Positions 25,055 through 36,388 of a DNA stretch of 64,000 nt are shown here, piece by piece (within the stretch, counting starts at the first letter, position 1; each line of letters opens with the position of its first letter). Source of the DNA: Lophium mytilinum (taxonomy: Eukaryota). The notes under the pieces were generated by a model. It had not been told where the DNA came from, did not search any database, and saw only the letters and a list, made by a program, of their open reading frames with translations. Both the position numbers and the translations under genes were made by a program. The stretch is taken from contig MU004181.1 in NCBI GenBank assembly GCA_010093605.1, positions 2,294,001 to 2,358,000 of the forward strand. Direction: 5' to 3'.

Positions 25055-27848
25055 ATGAAAATCCACCCATCAGCTCAAGGAATATCTCTTGCGATCAGGG
25101 CGTTGGATAGCTCAATCACCCCTGCTCTTACCGATAAATCAGCTCTGGCAGCTGCTGAAGTCGTTCGTCATGTGGCAAGTTCTGATGAACACATCTCCAG
25201 CGAAGCGTTAGCTAAAGTGTTCAGCTTACCGACTTGCTCAAACGCCAAGGCCCAGCTATAAAGCTGTTACAAGATCTCATCGCGGATGGAGAAGGCCTGG
25301 AAAGAGACATCCTTGACGTGACTGGGAAGAAATCAGCAGATAATGTGCAGGCACCCCTGCCGAAAGACTTCGAGGGTCTTGCAGAGAGACATGAACAACT
25401 GAACAATCGCATCGTCGATCTCTGCTCCCATCTATCCGCCACCGACAACCGTCACGCGCCGGCTCTACTTCGACGAGCAGCGGAATGGGAGCACGCGTAC
25501 TACGCCAAGATCCCAGCCGTGCAAGCCCCATTATACGGTGAAGAAGATGGTAGTGTCGAAAAGAAAGAGTCGGCTCCGGCACTCTCCAAAGATTACATGG
25601 AGAAATTCCTCATTTCGCAAAGAGGCAACCTTAAAGTCTCTTCCTTCGCACCTATGACTGGTGGGCATGGAAAGCAGACATACGTCTGTGATGTCGAGTA
25701 CGACGGCGGGAAGACTGAGGAAATCGTGGTTCGAAAGATGGATCCGGCACCAATCGTTTTGAGGAGTATGTATTTGGTCGAGCAAGAATACTTCTTCCTC
25801 AAATGCCTCTCCAAAACCGACTATCCATGCCCTAGACCATTCGACCTGGCAAGGAAGGACGACGGCATTGACGGAAGCTTCTTCACTATGTGCCGAATGC
25901 CAGGTGCCGGGGCCTCGATGTTTCTGAAGACCGGCGAAAAGAGCTTTTCGGAGAAGATGCTGTTGCAGCTTGCGGAGTTGCTTGCCAAGCTCCACGCAAC
26001 TCCTCTGGACGTGTTCGCTGAGTATTTCGAGGTGTATGAAACGCCGGAAGCGCTCGCGGAGACTGTCGAGGAGCGGTTCCGAAGGAGTATTCAGGGCTGG
26101 GCGCAGTATCTGGTCGATGTGCAACATCTGCCATCTCCCTATATGACTTGGATATTTGACTGGTGCGTGATGCTATTTCCGTATAGAACTAGGGATATGT
26201 TGTCCTCCTATTCTTCATGTCCTTCAAATTATCATCTTCACACTAGTCACTATTGTGGTTTCAATTATATGGCTAACTGAATCAGGCTCAAACGGAACAT
26301 ACCTAAAGACACACGACGCCCCGTCCCTACGCACGGCGATTACAGTGTGCACAACGTACTAGTCGAAGGCGACAACATAACAGCAGTGCTTGACTGGGAA
26401 TGCGCAGACTTTGCCTGTCCAGAGCTCGATCTCGCATACTGTCAACCTCTCGTATCGCAAGCAATGGATTGGGAAAAGTTCGTTCACCACTATAAGAACT
26501 GCGGAGGACAAGAGATCAAAGAAGAAAACTTCGCATTCTGTCAGGCTTACTCTGTCCTGCGAGTTGAACTGGCATTCAATCGAGCAACCTGCGTAAGTAA
26601 TCCAGCATCTTTGTGGAGCACATCGCTTCTAAATCTGACAACTGGCAGAACCTTCAAAGCAGTCTCAACGAGGACATCCGCTTCCATATGGTCGAGCTCG
26701 GTTATCAGGCAGTATTCATGGGTATGGGTCTTACCTACACAGCGCCTTCGTCCGAAAAGCCGGTAGAGGGAATCGCCCAAGCTAATAGAGCTTCCAAGGG
26801 CTCCAATAGCGAAGGTTTGAAACCGAACGGCACATCGAAAGTAGATCCTCCCACAGAGCTTCAGCTAGACGGAGGGAAGACACTCAAAATCCATGGAGAC
26901 GAGGCCAACGTCCCTCAGCGTCCTGGTCCGTCCGCAAACTGGCAGGAAAGCTTTGTACTGGTGTGGTGGGACGACGAGAATAACGTTGGTGGATTCCACC
27001 GTCTCGGGCATGAACCCAACGTCGAAAGCGGGGCTGTCGCAACTTTATGGACGAACGTGATAACTCCGGATGGCATCTTCAAACGGACGCAATCGATCCT
27101 GCTGCGTGAGAAAGATCGTCTTTCCAGTGGTTTCGGTAGCGGTGATGACACTTGTACCGCAGAGTTCATCAACGGCGAGCATATCTGGACCATCAACGAC
27201 ACGGACACAACCGCTCGACTTGTCTTCAAAGACCATGGTCCCAATGTCGATTGTTTCCCGAAGAAGGGCGCGATGTCGACCGAGTTCGCGACAGCACATT
27301 TCGATGTTCCTGGGAACGTCTCTGGAACATTGACCATGAAGGGTAAAACCTACACCATCGCCGGCCTGGGTCTCCGTGACCACGCCTGGGGCCCCAGAGA
27401 TTGGGGTAATACCGTGTACTCCCACCGCTGGGTCTGCGGCACATCTGGTCCCTCTTTCTCATTCGTTGCCGTCTCCTGGCATTCTACCAACGATGCGATT
27501 GCCAATTTCGGATGGGTTGTTCGAGATGGCGAAGTTACCTTAGCTTCCTCCATTGATCTCCTCACGTACATGGAGGTGGACAGCTGTATCAACCGCGGCG
27601 GGCGTGTGAAGTTCACGTTGACCACCGGCGAAGTGTTAGACGTGGAGTGCACTGCTGTCCCGGCGAAGTGTCTAGTGTGCTATCATCACGACATCGCTTG
27701 CGTGGATCGGATTTGCAAGTTTACGTGCGCTAGCAATGGTACTAGTGGATTTGCGAACTTTGAAAGCAGTTCGAACATTCAGTTTGGGAAGAGGAAACCC
27801 GTCGCGCTGGTCGGAGGAGTGATTGAAGATGGTTTCACGCCGGCATGA
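25055..27848 (+). CDS. Fusion protein: helical N-domain + APH/choline-kinase-like phosphotransferase + C-terminal beta-rich domain (AttH/CrtC/tocopherol-cyclase-like, bacterial DUF7064/7065-type)
   Basis: GGHGKQTY, VVRK, THGDYSVHNVL and LDWE kinase motifs. Intron 26593-26648 (GTAAGT..CTGAC..CAG) joins in frame to the 26613-27848 ORF carrying WQESFVLVWWD and GLRDHAWGPRDW. Confidence 0.85.
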
Positions 27849-28146
27849 AGTTGAATGTTGTGCTGCATGCTTGGAAGGGCGATGAGGGACCTGCTGATCT
27901 TTTACAATGCCTGTACGGTGCTGTGTCTCTTTCTGGGGGCGCAAGGGGAGCATCACAATGACTGATGGCTACGTGCCCTTGTTACGATAGTTCAACTCAG
28001 TACTAAGTTGTTAGCAAAATTCCTGTCTAATATGTAAAGCCTACTACAGTGCACTAATGCAGGTGCTCTGGGGAAATTGAAATGCTGCCTTAAGCACTAC
28101 ATCGTCTCAATTTTGTACAAGTCCATCAATATATTGAGCCTCCGGA

Positions 28147-29461
28147 TCATGTGACGAGATCCGGCAGCTCCGGCAGCAGTTGATGTATCTTGACTTTATC
28201 GCGGTGGAATCGCTCGAGGTACAGACGAATTGCTTGGTTCTCCACGCGAGAGCGTTGTTCAATCCACCATAACACCTTCCCAGCCCGCACATACCACAGC
28301 GACAGCAATAATAGAGCAACAGGGTCCTTCTCCCGCAACAGGTTCTGGAATGACTGCTGTGATTGACACATGAAAATTACCATTCGAATGTCTGCTGAAT
28401 CGCTGTCTGAGAGCCTCTGTAGCCGAGCAAGGACATGAGCTGCTACGAAGTATGGGTTGTTCTCTTCGTTGCTCGAAGTACTGACATTGCATACCTCGGC
28501 CAGGGCAGGGGGAATACTCTCCGCTCCGGCAGGGGGCAATTCGAAATGAAACTGAGCATACTCATGGGCCATGGCTCGGAAGATACTCCCAGGCCGCAAA
28601 GGATTGGTCAGATTCCATATGGTCCACTTCCCGTCGCTCAGCCGAAACCATTCTAGATCCGACGGATTCGATGGTCGAAGTGGCCAGGCTTCTTCCGGGG
28701 TGGTTGCGTCAAAGGAAGCAATAGCCATGATGCCTAGCAGCGCTGCTGTGGCCCACAGAGGATCTCGGTCTGGCATGTCAATGGGTTGCGAAAGCTTTTG
28801 ATTGAAAAGAAGAACGCTTTGAAAAGCGTGATGGGTCTCAGCTCTCGTCCGGTAGGTGGTTGTGGGGATATCCTGGTAGCGCTCGTGCGCCGCTGATACC
28901 GCAAGCATGGTATGCATCAAATACGGATTCTACATAGTCAGAGGATTGGCCTAATGATTATGAACAGGAGTGAGGGAGGATGGATGGAACTAATCCTACC
29001 CTGAAGGCAATATATGGGATTCGATGTTGCCAGAGCTTCATCATTTCAGTGCTGAATGAGTCTAGAGTACGCATTCGGAATCGCTCCAACCTAGCTATAC
29101 ATTGCGCATGCATCTCGAAACTAGCGATACCATCGGAGCAGACAATGGGCAAGCTAATCGGCGGAGGGAGGGCGCTATCGAAGGCCAGCTGATTCACTCT
29201 TTCAGATCTCCGGCATTGGAGTCTTGCCACCGAAATCTGGAGGTCTGAAGCCCCTGCTGCAAAATTGCACAACACACCGTAATCCTTGCATCTTTGACAC
29301 TGGGGCTTGGCCTCGTCGCACTGGAGGTATAAGCTTGATGTCCTCGGGGCGGAATGCCAACTCACCTTGACCCTCCGGAGCTTGCAGTTTCGGCAGCCGA
29401 AGCGCGATTTGTTGTAGGACCTTCGCTTTCTTTTACCAGATACTGTCAGAGTGGATTCCAT
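28147..29461 (-). CDS. Zn(II)2Cys6 transcription factor (Upc2-like, DUF3468-type C-terminus)
   Basis: KSRFGCRNCKLRRVK|CDEAKPQCQRC..YGVLC; exon 3 PYLMHTMLAVSAAH...DPLWATAALL; 2 introns. Confidence 0.92.
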
Positions 29462-30007
29462 GGCCGAGCAAATATTGATTGTCTTCCGCTCCAAAGCGTT
29501 TAGACTCGATTGATTTTGGGGGCAGTACTATTGCGACCACCTGTCTTACTGGTATTTCCGAATGCCGTAATCGTACACTAACCGGCGCCCGTCTCGTAGA
29601 ATTTGTTGCAAGTTTATCATGTTTGATGTTTCGGTCTTGTCAATCAATGGCGGGGAGTTGTGCTTTAACAGATCTGCGGCGCTATACCGTTCGTCGCGTT
29701 GCTGACAATATCATTGGTGGAGATGTCCACTAACCCTTTTCAGCAGTGCGCTTGCGCCGAATGAAATCCAAACATGTCACCACCATTTCGATATCAAGTA
29801 ATCGCTACGCGTTCCCCCTCAGATTCTTCGGCCCTATCCCTAGGGATTGCCTGAATGGAACTGTTGCCCCTCCAGCCAAACGCATATAAGAGGGCGCGCT
29901 CCCTAGGGCGTAGAGAAGTCAACTTGACTCCAAATCATTCCCACAGATTCCTCGATCGAGTGCATTTCGTCTGCTCTTTATAGTGTTTCGAGATCCTACA
30001 AGCCATC

Positions 30008-30919
30008 ATGCGCGTCTTCGTCACTGGTGCCTCCGGCCTCATCGGGAAAGCAGTCACCAAAGAGCTTCTCGGGGGAGGACACACTGTCTTGGGGCTTGCT
30101 CGCTCCGATAAAGCAGCAGAGGAGCTGACTGCCCTTGGAGCCGACGTGCAAAGGGGCTCCCTGTATGACCTCGATGTCCTGAAGGAGGGAGCTGCTGCAT
30201 CGGATGGCGTGATCCACCTCGCATTCGATTTCGTTCACGGGTTCACCAACTTCGCTCAAAGCTGTCAAACCGACCAGGAAGCCATCCGGGCTATGGCAGA
30301 TGCCCTCGCCGGGTCGAACCGTCCTCTAATCATCACCTCTGTGACAATGGTTCTCCCTCATGGCCGTACCGGGACTGAAGACGAATCTCACGATATCTCA
30401 TCACCTACGACCGCCGTCCGTGGGGAGTCGGAGGTATTGGCTAAGGGTCTTGCTTCTAAGGGTGTACGCACGGCAGTTGTGCGGCTTGCGCCAACCAACC
30501 ACGGGGACGGGGATGACCACATGTTTATGTCCACCTTAATTTCCATTGCACGTGAGAAAGGCACCTCCGTCTATGTAGGCGACGGCCTCAACCGCTGGCC
30601 AGCAGCTCACTATCTGGATACGGCCGTTGTCTATCGACTGGCTTTGGAAAAGGCGGACGCTGGGTCGACATTCCACGCCGTGGCGGAGGAGGGTATCGAG
30701 ATGAAGAATATTGCGCAAATGATTGGGGAAAAGCTTGGCCTCCCCGTCGAATCGAAGTCTCTTGAAGAGGCCCAGAAGCACTTCGGTCCCGTTTTTGGCT
30801 CCATTGTTGGTGCTGATAATCCTGTTTCGAACAAAAAGACTCAGGAAGAACTAGGTTGGAATCCTCAGCAATGCACGCTTCTTGCCGACCTTCAAGACGG
30901 GAAATACTTCAAGTCTTAA
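30008..30919 (+). CDS. Atypical SDR / NAD-dependent epimerase-dehydratase family oxidoreductase
   Basis: MRVFVTGASGLIG Rossmann motif; DGVIHLAF; GDGLNRWPAAH; intronless; TATA-like catataag at ~29883; divergent from the Zn2Cys6 gene. Confidence 0.92.
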   Translation: MRVFVTGASGLIGKAVTKELLGGGHTVLGLARSDKAAEELTALGADVQRGSLYDLDVLKEGAAASDGVIHLAFDFVHGFTNFAQSCQTDQEAIRAMADALAGSNRPLIITSVTMVLPHGRTGTEDESHDISSPTTAVRGESEVLAKGLASKGVRTAVVRLAPTNHGDGDDHMFMSTLISIAREKGTSVYVGDGLNRWPAAHYLDTAVVYRLALEKADAGSTFHAVAEEGIEMKNIAQMIGEKLGLPVESKSLEEAQKHFGPVFGSIVGADNPVSNKKTQEELGWNPQQCTLLADLQDGKYFKS

Positions 30920-31921
30920 TCCATCTGCCACAAGAACGGGGTCTCGAAAGCAACAGTCAAGTAAAGACCAAAAAGATGAAAAGTCTTGAAGCTGTTGCCG
31001 ATTCTTTAGACGATAGAAAATCAAACTTATTATGACTCGCTGAGTCTCTAGAACATTTCAACTGATATGCTTATTTGCGCCGCTACTGGAGCCTGTGAAA
31101 AACTCGCTTTCTGTCAATACATTCATTCTACACGGCATCGCGGCTTCTTGATCGTGAGTATGACCAAGGAGGTCGAAATATTCTCGCTGCGTCCCGAGAA
31201 TCTATAGATACATGGCTGAAAATGACGGTCACTGTCCATAAGCTCATAGACTCACAGGGGTTGACTTGTGGTGCTAATCAGTGAAAGACGGTTTGGCACA
31301 GCAGTTTCTCCGCCAAGCGGCAGGGAGGGAGGCTATATCGCCCTTCATGAAAGCTGAAGCACAGCCTAGATTCGCCAATACCATATTGAATGATCGGTGA
31401 CGACGCTGCTATAAGAAGAAAGGTAGCTTCTAGCGTAGATAGTAGCTGAAGGGGAGCTTGATGGAATAGGACTAGTTCTGGTGCTCGGCTCGGAGAAATT
31501 CAGTCCGGGCTCAACTCCACATCTGAAGTGTGATAGAGTGGTTCATCATTATCTGTACAAGCTTCAATCAACACGTCTTAGCCTATAGTATTGACCCCGA
31601 ACTGGGATACTTCGCATAATGCCCTGAAGTATGGCAAGGTGTTGGTGTTCCAATGGGTTGAGGGGCGCCTGTAGAGCCTCTTTCAACTGCCGAAAGTACC
31701 ACAGAATGCACCTAATTTAACCGTCTTTAATGGCGCCGATTAGGCTCACTTTGGAGGCGACGACCGCACCAGAGGCGTCTAGAGGGGTGGGACATGGTAA
31801 GTGGCGGGTATATCCAAAATGGCTCAGCTCCTACCAGTAAGTTCTTGAGTTCTCGAGACGCTTCAAGAGACTGACGTCTTCATAGCAGTACCAACGAATG
31901 TTGCACCTCTCGCATTGCACG

Positions 31922-33287
31922 ATGTCGTCCCATATACACCGTAACCCACCCTTCAGAGCGGAGCACCTTGGTTCCTTGAAGCGCCCACAATACTTGCTCG
32001 AGAATCGCTTCGCGGTAGACAAGAATGAGGCGATTTCAGAGCATCTCACCCCTCTTGAGGACCAGGCGATCAAAGAGATCGTGGAGACTCAAGTGAAATT
32101 GGGGTTCAGGGCTATCTCAGATGGAGAGTACCGGGTAGGTATATTTATGGAGATATTGTTCTTGTGGCAGCGCTTACAAGCCGTCTTGAGCAGGAGACAT
32201 ATGTTCTGGGGAACTCTCTTCCCTGGGTTAGATGGCTTTGAAGAAATCAAAAATCCGGGTATTGAGATGTTTCGTCTTTATGTGCCTGACATTGCTGCCT
32301 TCACAGAATCGGGACATAAACCTGGAGAGACTGTAATTTGCACTGGAAAAATCAAGCATACAGGGGAGAGCACATACCTTGAACAGGTGGAATACCTAAA
32401 GACGCTGCTCCCAAAGGAAAGATGGGGGGAGATTAAACTCACCCTAGCCGCCCCGAACTGGTATCATCTTCGATACGCGGAGGGCAAAGCGTATCCAAAA
32501 GACGTGTACAGGAAGGATGCGGAATACTTCAACGATATCGCAGCAGCGTACCAGGCGGAGTTAGACATCCTCCACAAAGCAGGCCTTAGAAACGTGCAGA
32601 TAGATGACCCAATCTTGCGTGCAAGCTCAGATCCTGATGGCATCCATGATACATGCTGATACCGGTAGACTTCTGCTCAGAAAAGGTGATCGAAGGATAG
32701 AAGCACGACCAGGCCAACTCAACAACGATCGAAGAGCTATTCGATGCTTACATCAATTTCTACAACGACTGCATCCCAAAGGCGCCCGCTGAGATGCATA
32801 TCGGCATTCATCTTTGCAGAGGTTTGTGTAGACCGAATGAAAGCTTCCAGCATATCGACCTCTTCCAGGGAACTTTGTGATCTCTCGCCATTTCTCTGAG
32901 GGTGGCTACGATCGCATCGCGACGAAGTTGTTTCGAGATCTCAATGTGTCAACCTACTATCTGGAATATGACACTCCCCGCGCCGGAGGATTTGAGCCGC
33001 TTCGGAGCCTGCCAAAGAACAAGAACGTCATCTTGGGCGTCATCACCTCGAAATTCCCGGAAATGGAAGACATCGAAGAGATGAAGAAGCGGATCTACCA
33101 AGCTGCAGAGATGGTCGCGAAAGGTAGTGGGCAGACGAAGGAGGACGCGCTGAAGAGGCTCGGCGTCAGTCCGCAGTGTGGCTTTGCGAGTCACGCAGAA
33201 GGTAATCTGATTGATATAGAGGGTATGAAGAAGAAGTTGGCCCTTTTAAGGCAGATTGCGGACGAGATTTGGCCCGGCGAGCCTTGA
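31922..33287 (+). pseudogene. Cobalamin-independent methionine synthase II-like (MetE C-terminal/YxjH-like) gene with in-frame premature stop
   Basis: PPFRAEHLGSLKRP, SDGEYRR, HLCRGNF, YYLEYD and SPQCGFAS motifs. TAG at 32698-32700 in FCSEKVIEG*KHD. Probable 1-nt deletion at ~32610. Confidence 0.75.
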
Positions 33288-34128
33288 ATGTGAGCTTTGG
33301 TGGTTTTCTTTGTGGTGTTACGGAGATTCTGCAACCTAGTGTTGCGCCCCTATTCCGATATAAGGAAGGTTCAAGCTACGGTGAGGCAAGTGAAGCCCAA
33401 TTCACTGCAAACCAGTTTCCTAAACCTGCATCTCCTCTTCATTCTCTTTGTATGAGTCCATGTGCCTCTTCCGAAACCGAAACCAATGGTGTCGGCTCGT
33501 TGTCATTGCTGCCATGGCATGTACTATCCTGCGCTACCTCGAGTTCCATACAATGATCTAGTTACCTCTAGAGATATAGAGGTTGCAAGAGACACGGTTT
33601 CTCCTTGCACTATAGGGACTAGTCAATCTTGCGTACTACTCCAGGCAGGCCCGACGGTCCCTGACCACCCACCTGGGCATCTCCCTATGCAACCAGTTCC
33701 TGGGAGCAGCGGTTACCATCGACTTCTTTTTTCAAAGTCAATTATCACCCGGCCCTCCTCTTCTGCTCGTGCTGCCTGCGCTTTGGGCAGGTCACGAGGT
33801 AGTTTACTCCGTTTGCTGCGTCGTTCCTCCGGTCTTGGCGCCGTCACCTCCGGCCTCACCCAGGTGGAGAGCGAGCAACCACGGTTCAATAGGCTCGCTT
33901 GCTATTGTTCCCAGCCCCCCAAATTCCAGAGTTTTCTATTTCTCGCGACTCACCTCTGCCTTCTCTCCTTCCCTCTTACATACATCTTTCGACTTGCTTT
34001 GCTGCCCATCTATCGACTCACTCTGCTGCGCAGAACATCCAAGTGCTATCTGTACCTGTCGCACGCCGCAGACATTTCCTCCTTCACTTCACTCACCGAA
34101 ATCCACTCCGCTCTACGACATCATCAAC

Positions 34129-35971
34129 ATGCCTCTCCTCGCCTCCCGCTATGCGACCGCCACCCGCACGCAGACCTTCCGAGCTCCAGCTGGTACTGCG
34201 GCCAAAGTCACTCCCACCTACGCTCCTGGCGCTGCCCCTAATGGCTCGAAGTATACTCCTGCGAACGGAGCGCCCGTGACCAAAGAGTCTTTGCGCGCGA
34301 TCAAGCATACCTGGATGAATGAGGATGTCGTAGGGCGCCCGCTTCGGACCTGGGTCACGTCGCGATTGAAGGATCCTGGTCTCCCCGTCACTATCATGGG
34401 CGGTCTCGAAGAGGTGGTGACATACAACTGGTCTTTCGATGATTGGAAGTCCTCCCATGCCCCTGGTAAGTCTTAGATCGTAATCTCACCCGGCGACGAC
34501 GATCGCGAGCGATGTGTGCCCCTCTTTGCATCTTACTTACGATTTGGCAGGCCCGCCCCCGAAGTTCACACCCCCAGCAGAGCTGCCTAAGGAAATCCCT
34601 CGCAATTCTGGCACCCACTACGTGAACCAGGACGCCCATCTAGAGGAGCGTCATCCGTTCAAGCCGATGTTCAGCGCTCTCGAGAAGAGCAAACCGGACT
34701 ATGACATGAAGGATGTGGATATCGTGGTCGACAGCGGCACCCTCCTCACCTTGCTGGGGTTTCTTGATGGGCTCACCGAAGACGACATTCGCATCGAACT
34801 CCACCTCGTTGAGAACACCCTCATCCTCACGAGCCGAGAACAGTATACCTCGATCGAGATCGACCCAAAGCGCGGAAGTCTGCGACCATATGAGCATAGC
34901 TTTCCGAAGCACTGCTCTGGGTTTCCCGAGACGGAGAAGGGTGCCCACACCCACCATCGCGCCGTGCGCTATAAACTCGGGGGAATGAACTGGATCGTCA
35001 AGTCTCAGCCACATGTATACTGCGAGGGCGGGGACTACGTCACGGAAGGAACGTTGTCGGATGCCGATCAGAAGCACAGCGCCGAGGCGTTGAAGGCCGA
35101 GAAGGAAGCCCGACTTCGCCGCTTGCAGGGTCTGGACGACACTGGCGTAGCGACTGTTAAGGTAGATACCACCACCTACGACGAAAAGTTTCCCCCCGAG
35201 CTTGCTGATGCTAAGATGGCTGCTCAGGACATCCAAAAGGCAACCCAAGACGACGTCAGCCCCGCGACCGTCGCACTCCCAGAGTCTGATACGGCTTCAA
35301 TCAAGTCCGTCGATTCCAACGAGTCCACAAAGACCGGTACCCATTCGCGCAACGTCTCTGACGGGTCTGCAATCACGACCGCTTCTATGCCCTCCAACAA
35401 ACGGATCACAACGCCCTGCTACGCCGAAATGACAGCTCGGTTCGAAGGGAACAAATTCAAGGAAGAGCCGATCGATACGCCCTATCACTTTCCGCGCATG
35501 TACTTCGGGCGCATCCCTACCATCATCGTCGGCACCTACCGCGACGGCTCGTTCAGCTCCATTCAAGCCTTCGATTCCAAGCGCATGCTGCACGAGTGGG
35601 AGCGTGAACGACAGGAGGACCTTCGCAAGCTGGTCCATTTGCTCCGCCAGTGGAAAGATACCACCAAGCAGGCTGGTGGCAAAGCCGTGGCGCTTTGCGA
35701 TGCGCAGTTCTGGCCTCTTAAGTTCGACGTATACAAGATGCAATCTACCCGCGGTGTTTTGGAAGAGGAGATGGTAACGAGGTTCTGGAAGACGGCTCCG
35801 GCTGCGAAGACTGTTGTTTCCGGGAAGACTATGGCTAAGGTCACTGTTACTGAAGAGACCAAGACCGAGACTTCTGCAGTTGAGAAGGTCAAGGCTAATG
35901 CTGAGGAGAGCAAAGTTGAGGAGAGCAAGGCTGAGGAGATCAAGGCTAAGGATGTTATCATAAAGGAGTGA
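34129..35971 (+). CDS. Conserved fungal hypothetical protein (family often auto-annotated 'geranylgeranyl pyrophosphate synthetase'; possibly RAI1/DXO-like fold)
   Basis: YNW...PG|RPP, DVDIVVD and SHHR-like HHRAVRYKLGG motifs; intron starting 34466; strong codon bias. Confidence 0.7.
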
Positions 35972-36102
35972 GCTTCGGCTGGTCTTGGGCCTCCTTTCTA
36001 CTGGACAAAATTGCATGGCATTGTTGGTGTATCTCAGCGTGATTTTTTTCTCTTGTTTCCAAGCTACACAAATGGATAACTCAATGAGAACGTATCGAAC
36101 TA

Positions 36103-36353
36103 CAGTGCCTTGCCATAGATACCCGTACACCTGCTTACCATTGTTTGAGAGCCCCCGACGTACTATCAGAAACCGGAGACAGCGGATATACTTTCGATCT
36201 GTGTACACCATGCTGACACTGTCTGGAGGACCCGCGCAAGTTTACTAGTAGTCCAAAATGCCGCAATTTCTCTCTTATTCGGAACGCTGAAAATACACTG
36301 GGGCTCTTCAAGCAGTGGTAAACGAGTGTACGCATTTCTATGACGACTCATTG
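36103..36353 (-). mobile_element. MITE family A, copy 1 (Tc1/mariner-type, TA target duplication)
   Basis: TA|CAGTGCCTTGCCATAGATACCCGTACAC ... GTGTACGCATTTCTATGACGACTCATTG|TA; homologous to 54719-54967 and 59361-59610. Confidence 0.88.
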
Positions 36354-36388
36354 TACAGTTGATTGACTGAGAAATGAAGTGAAAGTAA

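Noticed and set aside
33462..34241. 259-aa ORF and 5' extension of the 33769 ORF
   Set aside because: Pyrimidine-rich promoter/UTR composition and no motifs; the real ATG is probably 34129.
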